Shown here: in pieces, positions 19,293-25,942 of the stretch | Layout: each line of letters starts with the position of its first letter | Position numbering within the stretch: position 1 is the stretch's first letter | DNA from: an uncultured Gammaproteobacteria bacterium | Lineage (GTDB): Bacteria; Patescibacteriota; Patescibacteriia; UBA1558; 2-01-FULL-52-15 | Assembly (NCBI GenBank): GCA_964540995.1 | Contig: CAZIOU010000001.1 | Coordinates: forward strand, 103,407 to 167,406 | DNA: 64,000 nt | Reading direction: 5' to 3' | Made by a program: the position numbers and the translations under genes | The notes under the pieces: model-generated | Told to the model about the DNA's origin: nothing | The model's input: only the letters and a program-made list of their open reading frames with translations | Databases searched by the model: none

Positions 19293-19730
19293 ATGGCGGG
19301 TAATAAGAAAGCTGGCGATCAGGGGGAACAAGAGGTTATACAATTAGTACTTTGTCCTAACTGTGGCAAGAAATTAATGGGGTTACCAACTGGGTATCCT
19401 CTTTTTGATGTCCAGTGTACTGGATGTTCGTTTCGAGCGCAGGTAAAAACTAATCAAACAAAGCCAAAGAAAGTGATATTTGGTGCTGGTTGGGAGATTA
19501 TGAATAAGGTTCTGAAATCGGGATTTATAACCCCACCTCTGATTACAAATTTTAAGTGGTCAGACAAAAACGGTAAACATCAAGAAATTCGTTTTTATCC
19601 ATTTATCCCCAAAGCAAATCTAAAAAAACATCGATTATCTAAAACCGCTCGCCGAGCAAATTATTGGATGTTTAATTATGTTGGGTTAGATAAATTGCCC
19701 CATTTTGTTGTCTACCAAAAAAAGGTATAA
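19293..19730 (+). CDS. hypothetical zinc-ribbon protein, possibly a PD-(D/E)xK-like nuclease
   Basis: 145 aa with CPNCG...CTGC. The arrangement E13 ... D40 ... QVK52 is reminiscent of an Hjc-like nuclease core. Divergent from the MTase gene. Confidence 0.45.
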   Translation: MAGNKKAGDQGEQEVIQLVLCPNCGKKLMGLPTGYPLFDVQCTGCSFRAQVKTNQTKPKKVIFGAGWEIMNKVLKSGFITPPLITNFKWSDKNGKHQEIRFYPFIPKANLKKHRLSKTARRANYWMFNYVGLDKLPHFVVYQKKV

Positions 19731-19780
19731 TCAGCAAAACTCAGCGTCCCCTTGGTTGAAAGCCTAGATCACAAATAAAT

Positions 19781-20308
19781 ATGGCAATATTCTATATTCT
19801 CCCAATACTTTTTATTATCGGCTGCATAATAACGATCGTCGTTATAGTGCGTTCAGTTTCGCATGGAGCTGATGCTAATGTAGAAGAAAAAGTTAAGTAT
19901 TACTATACTCGTAAGAACTTCTTCATGACCAAAGCAGAACATGGATGCTATGACGCTCTAGTAGAGGCCGTAGGGTCGGATTATCGCATATTCGCCCAAG
20001 TACATTTACCGACACTGGTCGATCATACTATTCGCGGACAGGATTGGCGTGCTGCTCTGGCGCATATCAATCGAAAGTCTGTTGATTTTGTTCTTTGCGA
20101 CAAGGCATATCTTTCACCCAAACTTGCTATAGAGCTGGATGATAAATCACATGAACGCGCGGATCGACAAGAACGCGATCGTGAAGTGGAATGTATCCTC
20201 CGTGAGGCTGGCTTGCCACTTTTAAGAGTTCCCAATCATAGCAATTTAGACCCAAACAAGCTCAAAGAAGAGATTATAGATGCTATCAATTTTGAACAGA
20301 CAGCATAA
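19781..20308 (+). CDS. DUF2726-like (NERD/restriction-endonuclease-like fold) protein with N-terminal TM helix
   Basis: VDFVLCDK ... IELDDKSHERADRQERDREV motif pattern recalled for DUF2726. Confidence 0.55.
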   Translation: MAIFYILPILFIIGCIITIVVIVRSVSHGADANVEEKVKYYYTRKNFFMTKAEHGCYDALVEAVGSDYRIFAQVHLPTLVDHTIRGQDWRAALAHINRKSVDFVLCDKAYLSPKLAIELDDKSHERADRQERDREVECILREAGLPLLRVPNHSNLDPNKLKEEIIDAINFEQTA

Positions 20309-20310
20309 TT

Positions 20311-20451
20311 ATGATTAATAAAGCATGGCACCTAGCCAACCGCATGCCTAAGAACGCGACGATCAAACAACGCGTGGCTTGGCACAAAGAACATCTGAAA
20401 GCCTGCGGTTGCCGCAAAGATGCGCCCAAGAGCTTAGCTAAATACTTCTAA
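20311..20451 (+). CDS. small Cys/His-rich protein (46 aa), below the ORF-track length cutoff
   Basis: ATG 20311: MINKAWHLANRMPKNATIKQRVAWHKEHLKACGCRKDAPKSLAKYF* has a metal-site-like H..H...C.C pattern. Fills the gap between the DUF2726 gene and bcp. Confidence 0.4.
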   Translation: MINKAWHLANRMPKNATIKQRVAWHKEHLKACGCRKDAPKSLAKYF

Positions 20452-20457
20452 CACCCC

Positions 20458-20928
20458 ATGAAACTAAAACAGTCCCAAGCTGCTCCGGCTTTTTCATTAC
20501 CTGACCAGTCCGGTCAAGCCCACGCTCTCAAAGACTATCTCGGTCAGTGGGTTTTGATTTATTTTTATCCGAAAGACGACACACCAGGCTGCACCACTGA
20601 AGCTTGCAGTCTGCGCGACAACTTTCCCAAGTTCAAGAAGCTGCAGGCCGTCGTACTCGGCATTAGTGTCGACACGGTGAAAAGCCATCAAAAGTTTGTG
20701 ACGAAATATCAGCTGCCTTTCACCCTGCTGGCCGATGAAGATAAAACAGTGGTGAAAAAATACGGCGTCTGGCAGAAGAAAAAGTTTATGGGACGGGAAT
20801 ACATGGGCATTGTCAGAAATTCTTTTCTCATTAACCCGAAGGGCAAGATTGCCAAAATCTACGAAGGTGTGAAGCCGGCAGAACACGCTGATAAGGTGTT
20901 GGGGGATTTGAGGGTATTGATTAAATAG
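20458..20928 (+). CDS. bcp: thiol peroxidase Bcp (peroxiredoxin, AhpC/TSA family)
   Basis: FYPKDDTPGCTTEACSLRD peroxidatic-Cys motif. Confidence 0.85.
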   Translation: MKLKQSQAAPAFSLPDQSGQAHALKDYLGQWVLIYFYPKDDTPGCTTEACSLRDNFPKFKKLQAVVLGISVDTVKSHQKFVTKYQLPFTLLADEDKTVVKKYGVWQKKKFMGREYMGIVRNSFLINPKGKIAKIYEGVKPAEHADKVLGDLRVLIK

Positions 20929-20959
20929 ATCGCTTTTGTTAGCATAATGATATAATTGA

Positions 20960-20986
20960 AAAACAGGGAAATAATCTCTGTTTTTT
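20960..20986 (+). terminator. hairpin aaaacag-ggaaataatct-ctgtttt plus T-tract, abutting the NYN start codon
   Basis: 7-bp stem and TTTTTT run. The ATG of the next gene starts at the next nucleotide (20987). Confidence 0.55.
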
Positions 20987-21508
20987 ATGTCTAAAAACCT
21001 GAATAATTACGCTTATATTGATGGGCAGAACCTGAATCTCGGTATTCAAAGTCTAGGTTGGAAATTGGATTATAAAAGATTTCGTATCTATTTAAAAGAC
21101 AAGTATGGTATTATCAATGCTTACCTCTTTATTGGTTTCATTCCTGAACAAAATAAGCTATATACCGCACTCCAACAAAGTGGGTTCATCTTAAAGTTCA
21201 AACCCACTTTTGCGAATCCGGAGGGTAACTACAAAGGCAATGTTGATGCCGATCTAATCTTACAGTTAATAGTTGATTTTTATGAACATCGATTCAACAG
21301 CGCTTTAATTGTTACTAGTGATGGTGATTTTTACTCAACAGTTAATTTTCTTTACAAAAAAGGTAAACTAATTGCAGTCTTAAGCCCCTATTTTAGAACC
21401 TGTTCATTCTTGCTCAGAAAAACGGCTAGAGAAAAGCTATTATTCATGAATACTTTGAGATCAAAACTAGAATATAAAAAAACACCGCCCAAGGACGAAA
21501 CCAATTAG
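20987..21508 (+). CDS. NYN-domain (LabA-like) predicted RNase
   Basis: YAYIDGQNL, KGNVDADLIL and IVTSDGDF acidic motifs of the NYN/PIN-like fold. Confidence 0.7.
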   Translation: MSKNLNNYAYIDGQNLNLGIQSLGWKLDYKRFRIYLKDKYGIINAYLFIGFIPEQNKLYTALQQSGFILKFKPTFANPEGNYKGNVDADLILQLIVDFYEHRFNSALIVTSDGDFYSTVNFLYKKGKLIAVLSPYFRTCSFLLRKTAREKLLFMNTLRSKLEYKKTPPKDETN

Positions 21509-21703
21509 GAGGTATTTTTGAGTGTGTATTACTCAGATAGTATATCAGCAATAATAAATGTGTCAAACCCTTATTCACGGAAAAGAAAAAGCCCCCGATA
21601 GAGACTAGCCCTATAGGGTCCTTTTCGTAGTAATATTGGTAGTTTATCAAGTACACCTATTGTGTCAAATCAAGCAAAGATAACCGTGAAATAACCCCCT
21701 TTA

Positions 21704-21732
21704 TTGATGAAGTAGTATTAGTCTGCTATACT
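21704..21732 (+). promoter_or_regulatory. sigma70-like promoter TTGATG-17-TATACT upstream of the MFS transporter gene
   Basis: -35 at 21704-21709 and -10 at 21727-21732 with a 17-nt spacer. Confidence 0.45.
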
Positions 21733-21738
21733 CTGAAA

Positions 21739-21768
21739 TCAAATACAATCAATTGTGATTGTATTTGA
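21739..21768. promoter_or_regulatory. perfect 13-bp inverted repeat, candidate repressor operator over the transcription start
   Basis: tcaaatacaatca-attg-tgattgtatttga begins 7 nt after the -10 and ends 43 nt before the MFS ATG. Confidence 0.45.
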
Positions 21769-21810
21769 ACCCAATACCTAATTCCTAAAGCATAATTCCG
21801 ATTTAAATTC

Positions 21811-23001
21811 ATGTCCCAAAAAACTCTCATCCTCCTAACTGCCTTCGTCGATGTACTCGGCCTCGGCATCGTCATACCGATCTTACCTTTCTATACCCAA
21901 CAGTTTGGCGCCAGCGCCTTGATGGTAACACTATTGTTTACCGTTTTTTCTTTGTGTTCGTTTGTTAGCGCGCCGTTCCTTGGTGCTTGGTCGGATCGTA
22001 TTGGCAGACGTCCGGTGTTGTTACTTAGTATCGCTTCGACGGCCGTGGGTTGGCTGGTCTTCGCTTCTGCGAGCAGTCTAATCGTCTTATACATCGCTCG
22101 CATTATCGATGGTTTGGCAGCTGGAAATTTCCCTATTACTCAGAGCTACTTGGCTGACATTGCCAAAGACGACAAAGAGCGAACTCATAATCTAGGCTTG
22201 ATCGGTGCTATCTTCGGTATCGCTCTGACCGTTGGACCGATGATCGGAGGACTACTGGCTACTTTTGGACCAAGCGTGCCATTTTGGTTTGTCGGTATCC
22301 TGGCCACCATCAATTTCCTCCTGGCTTTACGTTTCTTACCGGAATCACATCATAAGCGCAGCGTGGAGAAAATGTCGGTCAATCCTTTGAAGCCAATTAT
22401 CAATGCCATGCGTGACAAGCTTTTGCTGCCTGGGTTTGTTGCTTTCTTCCTTTTCAGTCTAGCGATTGCCACACAGCAATCAGTCTTCGCACTTTTCCTC
22501 GGGACAGCTTTCAATTACACGGCAGTAGCTACTGGTTGGTTCATGACAGGCGTTGGTATCTTGCTAGCTTTCAACCAAGCCGTGCTACTGAGACGTTTTT
22601 GGCTCAAGAAATTCAAAGAGCCCTTGCTAGAAGTAATAATGTTTATCGGTTTAGCTGCTGGTTTCCTCTTCATGTCGGTTGAAGTTTTGTGGGTGTTTAT
22701 CATTGGATTGATCTTGCTAACCTTCGCTCAATCGGTGTTACGTGTGGTCATGACCAGTCAATTGGTCGCTCTACGACCGGATAGGCGAGGAGAGGTACTT
22801 GGTACTATGACCTCCGTTATGTCGCTTGGTATGGTTATTGGACCTGTCGGCGCTGGTTTACTCTTTGAACGTCATCCCGCAGGACCGTTCTTAGCAGCTT
22901 CAATAATTTCCGTTGGTGCCTTACTTATTATTTTCTATTTCCGGAAACGCTTCACTGCAACTAATTTACCTGATGACGTTGAGCCGGTGGAAACGCTCTA
23001 G
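21811..23001 (+). CDS. MFS transporter (drug/proton antiporter-like)
   Basis: 12 helices. MFS motif A GAWSDRIGRRPVLL. Confidence 0.85.
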   Translation: MSQKTLILLTAFVDVLGLGIVIPILPFYTQQFGASALMVTLLFTVFSLCSFVSAPFLGAWSDRIGRRPVLLLSIASTAVGWLVFASASSLIVLYIARIIDGLAAGNFPITQSYLADIAKDDKERTHNLGLIGAIFGIALTVGPMIGGLLATFGPSVPFWFVGILATINFLLALRFLPESHHKRSVEKMSVNPLKPIINAMRDKLLLPGFVAFFLFSLAIATQQSVFALFLGTAFNYTAVATGWFMTGVGILLAFNQAVLLRRFWLKKFKEPLLEVIMFIGLAAGFLFMSVEVLWVFIIGLILLTFAQSVLRVVMTSQLVALRPDRRGEVLGTMTSVMSLGMVIGPVGAGLLFERHPAGPFLAASIISVGALLIIFYFRKRFTATNLPDDVEPVETL

Positions 23002-23056
23002 TGTGCTGCATCTAAACTGGTGCTATAATTATTCTAGTTATAATTAATAATATTGT

Positions 23057-23473
23057 ATGGTGATAAATTATTGGGCGATTGCGGCGTGTGCCGTTCTTTC
23101 GATGGTGATTGGTTTCATCTGGTACGGACCATTATTTGGTAAGAAGTGGGCAGAGATTATTGGCGCTACAGCGCGTACTGCTGAAGAACGTAAGAAGATG
23201 CAAGCAACAGCTGGACCGTTGTATGTTGTGCAATTTGTTTTGAGTATTTTCCAAGTCTGGGTCTTGGCTTATTATATTGCTGGTTGGCAGGACGCTCCTG
23301 GTGTGGTCAACGCCTTATGGATCTGGGCGGCTTTCGTTATGCCAGTAGTCGCTGGCGCTAGCATGTGGAACAATGACTCTGGCAAGGTTAAGTGGACACG
23401 GTTCTTACTTCAGAGCGGTTATCAGTTAGTGTTGTTTATCGTCTATGGTTTGATTTTGAGCAGCTGGCGTTAA
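23057..23473 (+). CDS. DUF1761-like small membrane protein
   Basis: N-terminus MVINYWAIAACAVLSMVIGFIWYGPLFGKKW typical of that family. Four helices. Confidence 0.55.
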   Translation: MVINYWAIAACAVLSMVIGFIWYGPLFGKKWAEIIGATARTAEERKKMQATAGPLYVVQFVLSIFQVWVLAYYIAGWQDAPGVVNALWIWAAFVMPVVAGASMWNNDSGKVKWTRFLLQSGYQLVLFIVYGLILSSWR

Positions 23474-23487
23474 TTAAGAATTACAAT

Positions 23488-23513
23488 AAAACAGGGATAT
23501 TAATCTCTGTTTT
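23488..23513 (+). repeat. hairpin aaaacag-ggatattaatct-ctgtttt abutting the transposase start codon (copy 2 of the motif at 20960)
   Basis: Near-identical to 20960-20986. The ATG at 23514 follows immediately. Candidate IS left-end or REP-like hairpin. Confidence 0.55.
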
Positions 23514-24131
23514 ATGTTATCAAATAAATATTATCGTCGCAGACCTCGTCGCATGACTGATTTTGATTACAATCAGCCGGGTTGTTATTTCATTACTATC
23601 ACACCACAGAAGCGCTATCCGTATTTCGGAACTATTCAGAATGGTGTTGTTTGTATAAATGCCTTGGGGCAGATCGTGTACAATCAATGGTTGTGGTTAC
23701 AGAAATACCCGCAGATTGAGCTTGATCAGTTCATCGTAATGCCTGATCACGTGCATGGGATTATTTGTATTAAGGACGTCGACGATGTGGGGGACGACCG
23801 ACTCCCCCGGGACGTAGTCCGGCCAACCCTAGGGTTGGCCAAACCAAGAGCAGATGATGATCGGTTGAGTTCGAAAGATCGTCGACGTATGCTTCTCTGC
23901 CGCACAGTCTGCGCCTTCAAGACAACCAGCTCGAAACTTATTCATCTTCAAGGCGAGACCGATTTCCGCTGGAAAAGATCCTATCACGACAAGATAATTC
24001 GCGTAGAAGATGCGATGGAAAAGATTCAAGAATATATTTACAACAATCCCTATAATTGGACGCTTAAATATGGTGACTCGGCTAACCCTAGGGTTAGCCC
24101 GACGGGAGGCGAGTTGGGAGCGCTCGAATGA
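23514..24131 (+). CDS. IS200/IS605-family Y1 HUH transposase-like protein (REP-associated tyrosine transposase-like)
   Basis: HuH motif MPDHVHGII and catalytic-Tyr region FRWKRSYHDKIIR. Contains an apparent ~35-aa insertion that includes a perfect 20-bp palindrome. A second palindrome copy lies at the 3' end. Confidence 0.7.
   Translation: MLSNKYYRRRPRRMTDFDYNQPGCYFITITPQKRYPYFGTIQNGVVCINALGQIVYNQWLWLQKYPQIELDQFIVMPDHVHGIICIKDVDDVGDDRLPRDVVRPTLGLAKPRADDDRLSSKDRRRMLLCRTVCAFKTTSSKLIHLQGETDFRWKRSYHDKIIRVEDAMEKIQEYIYNNPYNWTLKYGDSANPRVSPTGGELGALE
23821..23840. repeat. perfect 20-bp palindrome GGCCAACCCTAGGGTTGGCC inside the transposase ORF
   Basis: Self-complementary. Encodes RPTLGLAK in frame. 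Confidence 0.8.
24080..24099. repeat. perfect 20-bp palindrome GGCTAACCCTAGGGTTAGCC near the transposase 3' end
   Basis: Self-complementary, 2 differences from the 23821 copy. A related split hairpin ggacaaccc...gggttgtcc lies at 24162-24211. Confidence 0.8.
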
Positions 24132-24271
24132 GTTTTATCGCGTATCATTTCGCGTCTCCGCGGTAAGTTCGGACAACCCCTCGCCTCGCTGAAGCTCCGT
24201 CGAAGCGGGTAGGGTTGTCCCTGCCGTGCATCATTGCCCATCACCTGAAATCATATATAATAAACATCTCT

Positions 24272-25903
24272 ATGACCCAATCCCAAGCCCTCACCATCAT
24301 GAAAACCGGTGCCAATATCTTCCTGACCGGAGAGCCAGGCGCCGGCAAATCCTATACTATCAATCAATATGTGGACTATTTACGCCGCCATGGCATCGAT
24401 CCAGCTATCACCGCTTCTACAGGAATAGCGGCTACCCATATCAGCGGCATGACCATTCATAGCTGGAGTGGCATCGGTATCCGAACTTTTTTATCCAATC
24501 GTGACCTCGACACCTTGTCCAGCAATGAGTATTTGGTCAAACGGGTGACTCGCACCAAGGTGCTTATCATCGATGAAGTTTCTATGTTAGCGCCTGAGAC
24601 TATCACCATGGTTGATCAAGTCTGTCGGGAGATCAAGCGCACCGATGAACCTTTCGGCGGTATCCAGATTATTTTCGTCGGCGATTTCTTCCAGCTGCCG
24701 CCGATCAATCGTTCCAATGTCAACGAAACATCGCAAGGTGGCTTCTTCGAAGAAGAACCAGTAATTTTTGCCTATCAATCTCCTGCCTGGGCCAATGCCA
24801 ATCCCTTGGTCTGTTATCTGGACGAACAGTATCGCCAAGACGATCCGGAATATTTGCAAGTCCTCAATGCTATTAGGCGACATGATTTCGGTGAAGCGCA
24901 TCTGAAACACATAGCTAAACGCAAAATTGAAATAGCTAATGCTCCAGCCGATGTAACCAAGCTGTTCTCTCACAATGCCAACGTCGACGCCGTCAATGAC
25001 GCCTTGCTCGATCAGTTACCCGGTAATGCTCATACCTATAGCATGAAGTCTCAAGGCAAAGCTCATATGGTGCAGAATTTACAGAAAGGTTGTCTCTCAC
25101 CTGATACGTTGCAACTCAAAACCGGTGCATCAGTAATGTTTACCAAAAATAATCCTACCGCTGGTTTCGTCAATGGCACGATCGGAGTGGTCGAAGGATT
25201 TGATCCGGTCTATCATTATCCCATCGTCAAGACGAAGCAAGGAGAACGTATCACCGTGGAACCGATGGATTGGACCGTGGAGGACGGTGGCAAGATTCAA
25301 GCCAAGATTACCCAATTCCCTTTGCGTCTAGCTTGGGCCATTACAGTTCACAAAAGTCAGGGTATGAGCCTTGATGAAGCGATTATGGATTTGCGGCAAG
25401 TATTTGAATACGGTCAGGGCTATGTGGCTTTGTCTCGAGTCAAGCGATTGTCAGGATTGTATTTGCTCGGATGGAATGAACGGACCTTTGAAGTGCATCC
25501 GCAGATTTTGCGGCAGGATGAAGCGTTTCGCGATGGTTCATTAGCTGCTGTCAGCACCTTTGAAGCCCTCGTATCGGCCGAGCTGCAGAAGTTACAAGAT
25601 AATTTCCTCTTGGCCTGTGGTGGCAACTTGAAAGCTTCTGGTGAGAAGAAAGCGGTGTCTATCAAGATTAAGTCCAAGAAAGCACCAAGTACTCGCTATG
25701 ATGAGATCCGCAAAACCCATCCCAATGCCAATAGACGCTGGGATCGACAGCAAGATGACCAGCTGACAGCGTTATTCAAAGAAGGTATGGAGATTCCGAT
25801 GTTGATGAATCAAATGGGCCGCAAGAAAACAGCAATTATTTTACGCTTGATCAAATTACGATTGTTGCCAGAAGATTATCTGGAGCACAACGATAGCGTA
25901 TAA
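24272..25903 (+). CDS. PIF1/RecD-family ATP-dependent DNA helicase
   Basis: Walker A GEPGAGKS, DEVSM (Walker B) and later helicase motifs (TVHKSQG). Start placed at ATG 24272 (MTQSQALTIMK) rather than the upstream TTG. Confidence 0.8.
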   Translation: MTQSQALTIMKTGANIFLTGEPGAGKSYTINQYVDYLRRHGIDPAITASTGIAATHISGMTIHSWSGIGIRTFLSNRDLDTLSSNEYLVKRVTRTKVLIIDEVSMLAPETITMVDQVCREIKRTDEPFGGIQIIFVGDFFQLPPINRSNVNETSQGGFFEEEPVIFAYQSPAWANANPLVCYLDEQYRQDDPEYLQVLNAIRRHDFGEAHLKHIAKRKIEIANAPADVTKLFSHNANVDAVNDALLDQLPGNAHTYSMKSQGKAHMVQNLQKGCLSPDTLQLKTGASVMFTKNNPTAGFVNGTIGVVEGFDPVYHYPIVKTKQGERITVEPMDWTVEDGGKIQAKITQFPLRLAWAITVHKSQGMSLDEAIMDLRQVFEYGQGYVALSRVKRLSGLYLLGWNERTFEVHPQILRQDEAFRDGSLAAVSTFEALVSAELQKLQDNFLLACGGNLKASGEKKAVSIKIKSKKAPSTRYDEIRKTHPNANRRWDRQQDDQLTALFKEGMEIPMLMNQMGRKKTAIILRLIKLRLLPEDYLEHNDSV

Positions 25904-25942
25904 ACTATCGCCAACTTCACTTGACTGCGCTATACTATTAGG

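Noticed and set aside
24215-24271. TTG start at 24215 for the helicase
   Set aside because: The conserved helicase N-terminus begins at ATG 24272. The upstream extension runs through the transposase-associated hairpin.
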